Below are positions 30,232 through 41,500 of a DNA stretch of 61,397 nucleotides, piece after piece; position 1 is the first letter of the stretch, and each line of letters begins with the position of its first letter. Position numbers and translations under genes: made by a program. The notes under the pieces were generated by a model. That model did no database searches and was not told the DNA's origin. It saw only the letters and a program-made list of their open reading frames with translations. This DNA comes from an uncultured Christensenella sp. (GTDB taxonomy: Bacteria > Bacillota > Clostridia > Christensenellales > UBA1242). Where the stretch lies: assembly GCA_905195085.1 (NCBI GenBank), contig CAJJUK010000003.1:1-61397 (forward strand). Reading direction: 5' to 3'.

Positions 30232-31317
30232 ATGAGTAAGAAAATGCATCAAATTCAAGAAGAAGAAATTGAAAAAGCAATAATTTTTTGTCCAATTGAA
30301 AACGACAAAGAAAAAGAATATCAATTTGCTGAAATAAGCAGATTGTGTTTTTCTGCGGGAATGGAAGTTGTCAAGATTTTCAGTCAGAAAATTGACGCTT
30401 TCAACAGAAGAACAATCATGGGGAGTGGCAAACTTGAAGAAATTAAAGAATTTTTAAGACAGAATCCTTGTGATTGTTTGGTCGTAGATTTTCAGTTGAC
30501 GGGTTCGCAACTTAGAAACATTTCTGACGAACTCGGAATCAAAGTTTTGGACAGAATTTTGCTCATTATAGACATCTTTGCCTTGAATGCTAAGTCAAGT
30601 GAAGGAAAAATTGAAGTCAAACTTGCACAAAACAAATACCTTTTGACAAGACTTTCTTCCTTGCAGGGAAGTCAGGGCAGATTTGGCGGAAAGGGTGCTG
30701 GTATGCGTGGACCTGGGGAAACCAAACTTGAACTTGACAGAAGAAAACTTGAAAAAGAAATTGTGACCTTGGAAAACGAAATTGAGAAGATTAAAAACAG
30801 TAGAAAACAGAACAAAATTTTGAGAGAGAAGAATGGTATCAAAAGTGTTGTTTTGGGTGGTTACACAAATGCTGGAAAAAGTTCTATTTTCAATTTGTTG
30901 ACAAAAGAAAACATTTATGCTGATGACAAATTGTTTGCAACACTGGATACAACAAGTCGAAGACTGTTTCTTGATGATGGCAAGTTTTGTTTGCTGACTG
31001 ACACTGTTGGATTCATAAGCAAATTGCCACATGAACTTGTTGAAAGTTTTTCTGCAACTTTGGAAGAAGTCAAAAATGCTGATTTGATTTTGCACGTTGT
31101 TGATGTCGCAGATGAGTTTTATAAGAAGAACATTGAAATTACAAACAAAATTTTGGACGATATTGGAGCAACCGACAACAGAGTGGTTATTTTGAACAAA
31201 AGTGATTTGTTGAAGAAACCAATCGAGATTGAAAAAAATCAAATTTTGTTTTCTGTCAAGAAAAAAGACAACGTTGAAAAATTGAAAAAATGTATAAAAA
31301 ATTGTTTGGGGCTTTAA
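30232..31317 (+). CDS. hflX: GTPase HflX
   Basis: 361 aa. HflX N-domain (LVVDFQLTGSQLRNISDELGIKVLDR), Gly-rich GGKGAGMRGPGETKLE, G1 GYTNAGKSSIFN, G3 DTVGF, G4 NKSD. Confidence 0.9.
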   Translation: MSKKMHQIQEEEIEKAIIFCPIENDKEKEYQFAEISRLCFSAGMEVVKIFSQKIDAFNRRTIMGSGKLEEIKEFLRQNPCDCLVVDFQLTGSQLRNISDELGIKVLDRILLIIDIFALNAKSSEGKIEVKLAQNKYLLTRLSSLQGSQGRFGGKGAGMRGPGETKLELDRRKLEKEIVTLENEIEKIKNSRKQNKILREKNGIKSVVLGGYTNAGKSSIFNLLTKENIYADDKLFATLDTTSRRLFLDDGKFCLLTDTVGFISKLPHELVESFSATLEEVKNADLILHVVDVADEFYKKNIEITNKILDDIGATDNRVVILNKSDLLKKPIEIEKNQILFSVKKKDNVEKLKKCIKNCLGL

Positions 31318-31347
31318 AAAAAACTGCAATTTATGCAGTTTTTTTAT
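31318..31347. terminator. bidirectional intrinsic terminator (hflX / DUF1858 gene)
   Basis: AAAAAAACTGCA-ATTTA-TGCAGTTTTTTT, with an A-run on one side and a T-run on the other, between convergent genes. Confidence 0.6.
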
Positions 31348-31361
31348 TTTATTATTTTTTG

Positions 31362-31568
31362 TTATTTGACATTTTCATTGAGTTTTTTAAGCAAAAATTC
31401 AGTGTCAACGCCATGAACGGCACTTGCTTCTTCAATTGTTTCCATCTGGCTTACTGGGCAAGATACACAATGCATGCCAAAGCCAAGGAATATTTCTGCC
31501 AAGTTTTCGTCAATTGAAAGAACTTCGCCAATTGTCATATCTTTTGTGATTGTTTTTTTCTTTTTCAT
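31362..31568 (-). CDS. DUF1858 / hybrid-cluster-protein-associated redox disulfide domain protein
   Basis: 68 aa from MKKKKTITKDMTIGEVL, with AGGAG SD upstream on the minus strand. Motif FGMHCVSCPVSQMETIEEA is typical of this family. The longer ORF extending to 31739 lacks support. Confidence 0.7.
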   Translation of the reverse strand: MKKKKTITKDMTIGEVLSIDENLAEIFLGFGMHCVSCPVSQMETIEEASAVHGVDTEFLLKKLNENVK

Positions 31569-31757
31569 ATTTTTCTCATCTCCTAATGCAAATATTTTAT
31601 CATAGTTCTTTGCAAAAGTCAAAATGTTTGTTGATGCTTTGGTTTTGAAATTATATGATTTTGAAGGTTGTTGTTGAAAATCAGAGAATATTGAGATTTT
31701 TGGGAATGTTTTTCTATTCTTGAAAATGCTTGCATACATAAATATAAGGAGTTTGTT

Positions 31758-32423
31758 GTGGATAATATTTCTAAAATTGTTTTATCGCAAACCAGTGGAG
31801 AGATTGTGGGCTATATTTTGGATATCGCAATAGATTTTCAAGAGTTTGTGATTAAGGGTTATTATGTTGTTGACGAAGAAACGGAAAGTGAATTGTTCTT
31901 GAAAAAAGAAGATGTTGTTGCTTCGAGTGATTTTGTGATTATTATTGAAGATGTGTCTAAACTTGAATTTTCTTCAAATCGTCCAAAATCTTTGATAGGG
32001 AGATTTGTTTTTGATGATAGAGGAGTGTTTTTGGGCAAGATTGTCAGTTCGAAGTTCCACAAAAACAAGTTGGAGAAAATTTTGACTGACAAGTGCGAAA
32101 TTTTGACTCGTCATATCAAAAATGTTGGAAATGATGTTGTTATGGTTGAATTTAAGAAGAAAAGGAAAACTCAAACAAAGAAAGGGTTTCCAAAACTTCA
32201 AGGAGATGGTTTGGTGCAAATTCAATCTTCTCAAAGTTTGACTATGCCAGAGAAAGTGACATTGTCTTCAAGTTTTTATGTCGGCAAAGTTGTTGGAGAA
32301 GACATCTTTGGATACAACAACGAGAGAATAATTTCCAAGGGGGAGACTATTTCAAAGAATGTTGTTGCGAAGGCTAAAAAACATAACCGATTAAACCAAT
32401 TGTTTTTTGCAATTAAAAGATAA
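31758..32423 (+). CDS. PRC-barrel-like domain protein (two repeats), function unknown
   Basis: 221 aa. AAGGAG SD, then GTG start. GEIVGYILDIAIDF...IKGYYVV resembles the YlmC/YmxH-type PRC barrel. A second similar segment follows (GRFVFDDRGVFLGKIVS). Confidence 0.5.
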   Translation: MDNISKIVLSQTSGEIVGYILDIAIDFQEFVIKGYYVVDEETESELFLKKEDVVASSDFVIIIEDVSKLEFSSNRPKSLIGRFVFDDRGVFLGKIVSSKFHKNKLEKILTDKCEILTRHIKNVGNDVVMVEFKKKRKTQTKKGFPKLQGDGLVQIQSSQSLTMPEKVTLSSSFYVGKVVGEDIFGYNNERIISKGETISKNVVAKAKKHNRLNQLFFAIKR

Positions 32424-32468
32424 AAAATAAAAAAAAGTTTAAAATTGCGAAAAATTTACGAAAAATTC

Positions 32469-32509
32469 AAAAAAATGCATTAAAAATTGATTTTTTTGCA
32501 TTTTTTTTG
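32469..32509 (+). terminator. intrinsic terminator after the PRC-barrel gene
   Basis: Near-palindrome AAAAAAATGCATTAAAAA-TTGA-TTTTTTTGCATTTTTTTT. Confidence 0.55.
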
Positions 32510-32843
32510 TTAATTTTGTTGGTTTTTGCCATAGATTTAATTGTGTTTAATTGTACGATGATTGTTGTTTTTATTTTATTTTTTTAAATAAAAAACTTGT
32601 CAGCAGAAATTTTTAAAATAATTTTGGGTGTATTTTTTTGGAAATATATTTTATATATTGTCATTTTTTTATTTATTTTATTTGTATTTTTGAAGTCATT
32701 TGTAGTATCATAATAACAAGTAAAAGAAGCAGATTGATTTGGCTTATGAACTGACGATGTTTGATTGTGGATTTGGAAAACAATTTCCGCTTATACGGAA
32801 AATTTGCTTCTTGTTTAACGAAATCTAAAACAAGAGGGGAAGT

Positions 32844-35546
32844 ATGGTTAGAGTTATTCCTAGAAAGACAAAAGTTAAATCAGAATTTGTCAGAGGTGTC
32901 ACAGGGCTTGATATTTTGTTGGGCTTGATTTTTGCTGTGATTGCCATTATTTTGTTTATGGCAAACTTTGAATTACATATCTGGATTGGTGTTGCTTGGT
33001 GCATTATCGCTGTTTCAATGTTCTTCAAATTCACTGATGACACTCGTTTTTATAACACGTTGGTCTTTTTGCTTCGCTATTCCGTTCAGAAGAAAAAATT
33101 CTCAAAGGGTGACGGCGAAAAGAAAAAATCTGACATTCATGAAATGATTGCATACGAAAGCATCTATCAAGACAGATTTATTAACTTTGGACAATATTAT
33201 GCACAAGTTATTGAAGTGCAACCAATGTTCTTCACTTTGCTTACTGAATATTATCAAGACAATGTCATTGAGAGTTTTGCAAATGCTCTTCGAAGACTTA
33301 ATGGTGATCAAACTTGTTCAATCATCAAAATCAGCAAGCCAATGATTTTGGACAGATATATCTACAACGAAAACCATAAGTATGATGTTTTGTATGATAT
33401 GCAATATGATGGACAAATTTCTCAGGCAGAAATTGACGCTCGTGCTCCTATTTTTGAAGAAAGAGTTTCTTTGTATGAATTTATGAACAGACAGTCCAAA
33501 ATTTTCAAAGACCATTTCTATTTGATTGTTTATGACAAAGATATGGAAATTTTGGAAAACACCACTTCTGGTATGATCAATGCGATGGCTTCATCTTTGA
33601 ACCCTATCACTGCAAAAAGATTGGAAGGAACTGATTTGGTTGTCTTTTTGAAGGCAAACCTTGGAAAAAACTTTGATGAAAGAGATTTGGAAGTTATTCC
33701 AATTTCAGAATACATAAACTGGGCAACTCCTGACAAGATCAAATTCAACATTGCGCGTTACTTCCTTGACGACCAATGCTATCGTTGTTACAACTTGATT
33801 GACTATCCTTTGCAGGTTGGAAACGCATGGGGTGCACAATTTTTCCTTTTGGACAGAACTAAGGTTGTTATGAAATTCTCTCCAATTCCAAAACTTGACT
33901 CAGAAAAACAAATTGACCGTGCAATCATGGAAATGGAAGCAAAACTTTATAAAGTTGGAAGAAGCTCCGCTCAAATCGAACTTCAGACTCACCTTGAAAC
34001 TTTGAGAGATTTGCTTGTTAGTTTGAAAAACAACAACCAACAACTTTTCAATGTCAACACATACATTGTTGCTGAAGATGCTGCAAAGAAAGATGTCAGA
34101 GCGATGCTTAAGCAACAGGGCTTCAAATATTCCGAACTTTTCTCAAGACAAATTGATGGATTTATTTCTTCTAATATTTCAAAAAGAGATTCTTTCAAGA
34201 GCACTATGAGAGGTATTCCAACTTCGACACTCGCAGCAACTTTCCCATTTATTTCAAATGCTTTGCAAGACCCTAATGGAATTTACATCGGGGACAACGA
34301 ATATCCAGTTTTTGTTGACTTCTTCAAGAGAGACAGAGAAAGAGTTAACTCAAACATGATGGTTATTGGAAAATCTGGTTCTGGTAAGAGTTATGCAACA
34401 AAAACATTGTTGACAAACCTTGCTGCTGACAACTGTAAGATTTTCATTCTTGACCCGGAAAACGAATATCAAGACTTGACAAGAAACCTTGGCGGTAAGT
34501 TTATCGATGTTGGTTCTTCCATTCATGGTATCATCAATCCTTTCCACGTTATTGCTTCTTTGGAGGCGTCTGAGGACGAGGAAGAAGACGAAGATGAAGA
34601 AGAATATGATGCTTTTGGAAGAAAAATTGAGAAGAAAAAAGTTGTTACAAAGAAAGTTGATGACTCTTTCTCTCAACACTTGCAGTTCTTGGAACAATTC
34701 TTCAGAGTTATTTTGGAAGGAATCAACGCTGATGCGTTTGAAGTTTTGAACTCTCTTATCATTGATATGTATAAGGAGTTTGGCATTGACTACAGAACAA
34801 ACCTTGCAAGGCTTAAACCGGAAGATTATCCAACTTTTGACGCTCTCTATGATTTGATTTTGAGAAGAATCAAAACGGCAAAGGATGAATTCTCTTTGAG
34901 AAATTTGATGACGGTTGAAACTTACATCAAAAAGTTCGCAACAGGTGGAAGAAACAGCTCTTTGTGGAATGGTCCAACATCTATTGAAACAAACGAAAAC
35001 TTCGTTACATTCAACTTCCAGTCCCTTGTTGCTGGAAACAACCCAACTGTTACAAACGCTCAAATGCTTTTGGTATTTAGATATTTGAACAACGAAATCA
35101 TTAACAACAAGGATTTCAACAAAAAGTATCGTAAGAACAGAAAGATTATTGTTGCGGTTGATGAGGCGCACATCTTCATTAACCCAAAATATCCTATCGC
35201 TTTGGACTTCATGGCTCAAATGGCTAAGCGTATCAGAAAGTACGGCGGTATGCAAATCATCATTACTCAGAACATTTCCGACTTCGTTGGAACTGAAGAA
35301 ATCAGGCGTCAATCAACTGCGGTTATTAACGCGTGTCAATATTCTCTTATCTTCTCGCTTGCTCCGGCAGATATCAACGACCTTGTTCAGTTGTATGAAA
35401 AATCTGGTGGTATCAATGAAGAAGAACAGAACTCAATCGTTACTGCGGGCGTTGGTCAAGCATTCTTGATCACAAGCCCTTCTGCAAGAACGACGGTGCA
35501 GATTATTGCACAAGATTATGTGAAACAACTGTTTGAAGGAAAATAG
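32844..35546 (+). CDS. VirB4/TrsE-family conjugation-type ATPase with fused VirB3-like N-terminal membrane domain
   Basis: 900 aa. Two N-terminal TM helices (LDILLGLIFAVIAIILFMANF; IWIGVAWCIIAVSMFF). Walker A MVIGKSGSGKSY (~34367-34390), DPENEY, Walker B IIVAVDEAHIF (~35145-35178), RKYGGMQIIITQN. SD AGAGGGGA before the ATG. Confidence 0.8.
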   Translation: MVRVIPRKTKVKSEFVRGVTGLDILLGLIFAVIAIILFMANFELHIWIGVAWCIIAVSMFFKFTDDTRFYNTLVFLLRYSVQKKKFSKGDGEKKKSDIHEMIAYESIYQDRFINFGQYYAQVIEVQPMFFTLLTEYYQDNVIESFANALRRLNGDQTCSIIKISKPMILDRYIYNENHKYDVLYDMQYDGQISQAEIDARAPIFEERVSLYEFMNRQSKIFKDHFYLIVYDKDMEILENTTSGMINAMASSLNPITAKRLEGTDLVVFLKANLGKNFDERDLEVIPISEYINWATPDKIKFNIARYFLDDQCYRCYNLIDYPLQVGNAWGAQFFLLDRTKVVMKFSPIPKLDSEKQIDRAIMEMEAKLYKVGRSSAQIELQTHLETLRDLLVSLKNNNQQLFNVNTYIVAEDAAKKDVRAMLKQQGFKYSELFSRQIDGFISSNISKRDSFKSTMRGIPTSTLAATFPFISNALQDPNGIYIGDNEYPVFVDFFKRDRERVNSNMMVIGKSGSGKSYATKTLLTNLAADNCKIFILDPENEYQDLTRNLGGKFIDVGSSIHGIINPFHVIASLEASEDEEEDEDEEEYDAFGRKIEKKKVVTKKVDDSFSQHLQFLEQFFRVILEGINADAFEVLNSLIIDMYKEFGIDYRTNLARLKPEDYPTFDALYDLILRRIKTAKDEFSLRNLMTVETYIKKFATGGRNSSLWNGPTSIETNENFVTFNFQSLVAGNNPTVTNAQMLLVFRYLNNEIINNKDFNKKYRKNRKIIVAVDEAHIFINPKYPIALDFMAQMAKRIRKYGGMQIIITQNISDFVGTEEIRRQSTAVINACQYSLIFSLAPADINDLVQLYEKSGGINEEEQNSIVTAGVGQAFLITSPSARTTVQIIAQDYVKQLFEGK

Positions 35547-35596
35547 TTTATTGTTTGATATCATAAGTTGTTTACATTCAAATTAAAAGGAAGTCT

Positions 35597-38500
35597 ATGA
35601 CAAAAGTTTTTAAGAACATTTTAATAAGCATTTGTGGAATGTTTGCATTTTTGTTTGCAGGTTTCTTTTTTGTTGGCTGTTCGGTGGATTACAGCAAAAT
35701 TTCTCTTGTCTCTGACAAGCAATCAATTGAATTGGAGGTTGGTGAAAGTGTTGATTTGACCTTCACAATTGAAAACTATCAAAGTGGTTTCAGCAACAAA
35801 ATTCAGGTTAATCCTCGTGCTGATGGGCAAACTGCAGTTTTCAGTGTTTCTGATCCAGTTTACATAAGCAATAATGAAATCAAAGTGACTGTCACTGGTG
35901 TTGCTGGAGGACATGGAGAGCTTTCTGTCAGCACTTTGGAGGCAGGAAAAGAGTGTGTTGTTGACGTCTATGTTGAACAATGGTCTTCTTCTATGGAGTT
36001 TGACAACAGCGTTTTGTATGTTTCAAACAAAACAGATTTTGTTCCAAGTTCTGACTTGTTTATTTTTGACAGCAACACAACACACAAAGAGTTGACTTAT
36101 TATTATTTGCAACCTAGAAGTGACATCAATTTCAATACATACACTTTGACAGACTTGGATTTGGAAGAAGGCTTGGCAAGTTTCTTTGATGGTGTCAACT
36201 ATGCAGAGGCGACAATTCAACAATTTGACAAAGTTAGTTTGGTTAAAAATGAAACCAATTCTTTGATTTTGAGTTTGAATGGTGTCGAGAGTGAAATAGA
36301 TTTGCAGAGCGAGTTTTTGTTTATGGCAGTCTATGACCACTCTGTTGGCAATGAAGACTATGAAAACATTGTCTATGATGTTGCTTCAGTTTATGTTTTG
36401 CCAGATATAAACGCCACAATTACTGGTGGTTATATGGATATTAACACTGGGGCTGTTGATTTTCAACCGCTTGAAAGTGATGAAATTGTCATTGTTCCAA
36501 ACAACACTCACATGGTTCAATATGTCTTGAAAATCGAGATGGACAACTCCATTGCTGACTCTCCATTGAAGATGGCAAAAACCCAATCAAACAATTATGT
36601 TGACATTGATTTCTTTGATTTTGAAGCGGAAGATGATGAAGATAAAACTGTTTATTATTTGAAAATTTCCCAAAATTCTCAAACACAGGCAACAACAAAC
36701 TTGTCTTTTGACATTTTCTACGACATTGCTCAGGGAATTGATGATGAAAGTGTGAACATAAGAAAAGATTACACTGTTGACATTCAAATTGCACCAACTG
36801 GGCTGACGGTTAACGGAACTTCTGAACCGGACAGATTGATTTTGTATAACTATTATCGTTATCCAGAATTTGGTTGGAATGAACTTTTGATTGATGTCAT
36901 TTCTGGATATTCTTCATCTCCAAATTATGAAGGGGTTTACTTTACTTACGACAGCACATATCTTGATATTATTTACAACAACATGACAGTAAATTCTGGT
37001 GACGGCAGACTCTATACAGATTTGGATACACCGTTCTATATAAGAGGAAAGTTGGGAATCAATCAAATTTCAAATTTGGTTGTCACAGTTCACTTGAAAA
37101 GCAACATTTTGCAAGAAGGTGATGAACTGACAATTGATATCAATTGCAGTATCATTGCAGGTGCAACTTCTGTTTTGGTTGATGAGAATTATTCAAGCAA
37201 TTATTTCTATTTGGATTATAACGGTGGAAGCAAAAACTTTGACTTGCAAGTTTATGCAGACCATGCTTTTCAATATACAACATACACATTCTTAAGTGGT
37301 GTTGATGTGTTGGAAATTGATACAAATGATGAAAATCCATACACCGAAGTTGGTGACAAATTCTATCTCAATTTGTCTTTGACGCCAAGACTTACTGGAA
37401 TTGGTGTTTATCGTGTTTATCTTGACAATGGTATGCCAATTGATTTGACATTTAATGTCATAAGAACTCTTTCATCTGACACAACGAACATTCAACTTAC
37501 AAATGAGGGGAATGAAGCGGTTACGGAAGCATATTATAGTGTTGAAGATAACGCTGACTTTGACAATGCTTTGAACATTGAAATTTTGAATCCTTCCACA
37601 AAAACAGGGGTGACATTTGGCAATGTGGCTCAGTTTACAATTACAGCAAATGTCAACTCTGATGGAATCAAGTATGTTCCTAATGAAAGTGGTTTTGTTT
37701 CTGTTTCCAAAGTTAACAACACCTATAGAATCTCCACTCTCGACAATGGAATGACAAAAATTACATTCACTTTGACCGGTCTTGAGGTGGAAGACTTCAG
37801 AACAAAATCTAAGGAAATCAAACTTTATGTCAATGTGAGTTCTTATTCATTAGTTGACGAATTTTACATGAAAAATGGCGACAATTTTGCTTTGAACAAT
37901 GTTGTTTATTACGTGACAGGTAACGTTTCTGGAAGTTTGCAGGAAGAAGACGAAACAGCAACTTTGACACCTGTTGCAAATTACGCAAATTCAATGAATT
38001 TCTATCAATATTTCTTCGATGAAAAAGCGTTTGTTGACATTTTTGACGATGCTGTTGAGAGTAATGGTGACTACATTTACACCATCAATAATGACCAAAT
38101 CTACACAGAAATGGTTTATGAAAAATATAACAGAAAATTCATCTATTTCTATGCTCAGGTTGTTTATTCAAGCGATGGTAACAACACCTACACAACTGCA
38201 TCAACAGTGACGGAAGCTAAGGTTACCAAAACTTATGTTCTTGATGGACAAACGAAATCTGAAACAAAGACCATCATGCTTGTTTTGACAAACGGTTTGA
38301 TGTTCTTATCAAGTGATTTTGAATATGTTGACAGAAACGAGATTGGAGATGTTGTTGCAACTTATACTGTTGAATTCTCAAACATCTATTCAATTGACAC
38401 TTATGGAACTTTCGACATGGATTCCTTTACATATAGAAACAATATGCAGGCGGTTTACAATCTTTCTTTAAGTGCAAATCTTAGACAGAGAAATTCAACA

Positions 38501-41500
38501 AAGAAATATGATTGTCAGATTGAGACAAGACTTTATCAATCTGTTGAAAGCATTTCTTTGGCAACAAGTTTGACTGAATTAAACTTCTCAAACAATACAT
38601 TGAATTACAGCATTGGGGTTTACACATATCCAACAACTTCAACCAATAAAAATGTTAGAGTGGAATTTGTGAGAACAAATGGAAACCCTTATGTTAACAT
38701 GGTTACTTGGAACATTGACACTTCTGAAAGTGCAAGCGGGGTTTATACGGTTAATCTTTCTTGTGAAGATTTCTTCAACGAAAACAAAGACAATATTGTG
38801 AACATTGAGGACTATTTGACTGGAAGAATTTATATCTATCCTGCTGAATGGGGAGATTCTTACACATCAATTGCAGCCAATTTGCAACCAATTGTCATCG
38901 ATGTGCAATATAGAAATGGTTCAAGAGCAAATCCTTATTTGCTTGAAACTGCAGAAGATGTGGTTGGAATCAATGCAAATGAAACAACTTTGAAAAGTCA
39001 CTACGAAATTTCCACTGTTATTGATATGTCAACTGTTAGAAATTTTACACCTATTGGAATTTTGAATGTTGATGGTCAAAACGTTCTTTATGGATTTAGT
39101 GGTTCAATTATTGGTTCAAACTCCCAGGCGGCGATAACAAATATTGTTGTCTCGGAAAATAACTTCTCTGCAACTGTCAGAAAAGAAACCATCAGTGGAA
39201 GTGTGGATATTCTCTACACAGGACTTATTGCTCAATTGAATGCACCTTATAGGGTTGATGCTGATGATCCAAATTCAGATTTGGTTACGCCAACAATAGA
39301 AAATGTTTCTTTCTCTGGTGAATTTGATTTGAATGTTTCTTCAAGGGCTTATGTTGGACTTTTGTCCGCTGTAAATAAAGGTGAGATGATAAATGTTGGT
39401 GTGAGAATTGGCGAGTCCTCAATCAACATGGTGCAAAGTCAAAGAGTGTTGTATTTTGGTGCTGTTGCCGGAGTGAATTATGGAAGCATAATTCAAGACT
39501 TTACAAAATATGACGGCACGGGATATAACTATAAAGTCTATAGCGATAAAGTGATTTATACAGATGAAAATGGAAACAACTACATCATTGATGATGCCGA
39601 TAACAAAATTTTTGTTGACAAAGATAAGTATGCCATTGACGAGAATGGAAACAGAATCAAATATGATGATGAGGGAAATGTTCTTTTAAGTAGCAGAGAT
39701 TACACTGGACAAAACAGCAAAAACTTGGCTTATTATGAAGGATTTGTCAATATTGCGACTGCCTCAACAAATGTCTATGCCGGTGGTATCGCAGGTGCTT
39801 CTTCTGGGGTTATTAAAAAGATTTCTTCTTCAAGTTTGAAACTTTATGGCTATGCTGCTTATTCGGCATACACAATGATTTCTGTCACTGGAACAAAGAA
39901 TTATAATGACTATGACAAGGTTTATGTTGGTGGTGCTGTCGGTGTTGCGACTTACAACACAGGAACAACGAGTTTGAATGAAATTTTGCTTGATACCGAT
40001 ATGCCTATGACTGGAAATACCATATCCAATTTGCTTGTTGGTGGAGAGATTGACACATCTGAAACCGTGAATTATATTGATGCTGTTGGTGGAATTGTTG
40101 GTTACGCTGACACATTGAAGGTTGCAACAATTGATGTATTGAACAACACTTCAAGAGTCTTCCTCAGAGCAAATGAATATGTTGGTGGAATTGCTGGTTA
40201 TGACACTTATGCTGTTGATTACAGCGTTTACACAAATTTTGGCACAGGAAATGTTATTGAAGCGGTTGATGATGGAAGAAACAACTTCTATGCATCATCA
40301 ATAATCAAATTCAAGAGATTGGACAATTTGCCAGATGATACAGAACTTTCAAAAACCACTTTCTATGCTGTTGGAAACTCAACAAGAAACTCAAGAAGTT
40401 ATGCAACCTATTCGTTTAAGGCATATTCATATTTGAAGAGAGATTTTACAGAAGTTGAAAGCACTGATGTTGTTGTGGACAATTCTGTTTCTGTTGCAAA
40501 TTATTATGGCGATTACATCATTCTCAATGTTGCTTCAGACGGAATTCATATCACTCAATCATACAGGTTTGAATTCAAAGAAGTTGACTTGGCTTTGGAC
40601 GAGAGTGAATACGCTATGACACCAAGTGGTGGTGCAACTGCTGATGTTGGCGTTTACTTTATGTATTACTTCTCAGTTCAAGGAAAACTTAACGAAGAAG
40701 GCAATGCAAGTGCCCAAGATGAAATTGAAGATTTGAACTTTATCAATCCAAATTCAAACTTTTATCCTTTCTCATTGGGAAGTCAAGATGTCAACATCAC
40801 ATCTTCAAATTCAAACATATTATCAGTTGATGTCAATGGAAATTTGACTGTTAAAGGAACGGGACTTGCGACAATCACTTTGACAAGCATTTTGAATGTT
40901 GTTCAATCAAGAGTAATCTACATTTACATTGTCAACTATTTTGATAAAGATGTTTCTTCTTCAATCTTCTATACCAGTGGAAATATCAACGGTGTTAACA
41001 TCACTGATGGAAGCAATTTGAACATTTATGGAAATTCAAATACCAATGTTCATGTCGTTCCAACATACAATTTGAATGACGGTGTGACATATAATGGTGA
41101 CAAATTTACAATCACTACTGGCGGAGTGTTGACATACAAAAATGTAAGTTATAACCTTTCTAAAAACACTCAAATTGAAGTGCCTTCTGCACAAAAAACA
41201 GAATATGTGAAAACTTCTGACACAGCGATTGTTGATGGAAAAGAATATTTCACATATGATGCAGAAACAAATTCTTATGTGCTCGTAACAAATCCTGATG
41301 TCAGTGACATTGATTCTTATTACGAACAACCATATTTCTCTTCAGTGCAAATCAACAAACAAACAATTGTTTTCTTCAAGGATAAATCAAAAACTGCAAA
41401 TGAGGGAGATGTTGACACTTACAGTTTGACGCCAATGCTCAAGGTTGTCATTCAAATTGGAACAGAAAAGTATGAATTCTATTATGCACTTGACAAATCT

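Noticed and set aside
30595-31329. 244-aa minus-strand ORF inside hflX
   Set aside because: Antisense shadow ORF. hflX on the plus strand has all the GTPase motifs.
31569-31739. 57-codon N-terminal extension of the DUF1858 ORF
   Set aside because: The conserved domain starts at MKKKKTITKDMTIGEVL, which has its own AGGAG SD. The extension is low-complexity and would overlap the PRC-barrel gene's promoter region.
32757-32828. 23-codon uORF (MFDCGFGKQFPLIRKICFLFNEI) in the leader of the VirB4-like gene
   Set aside because: No SD precedes its ATG and its sequence is unremarkable. It is probably a chance ORF. The hairpins in the same region are reported separately.
34350-35312. 320-aa ORF on the minus strand inside the VirB4-like gene
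   Set aside because: It is entirely antisense to a well-supported ATPase gene. Its composition is low-complexity (Asn/Phe/Val/Ser-rich), as expected for a shadow frame in AT-rich coding DNA. It has no SD and no motifs.
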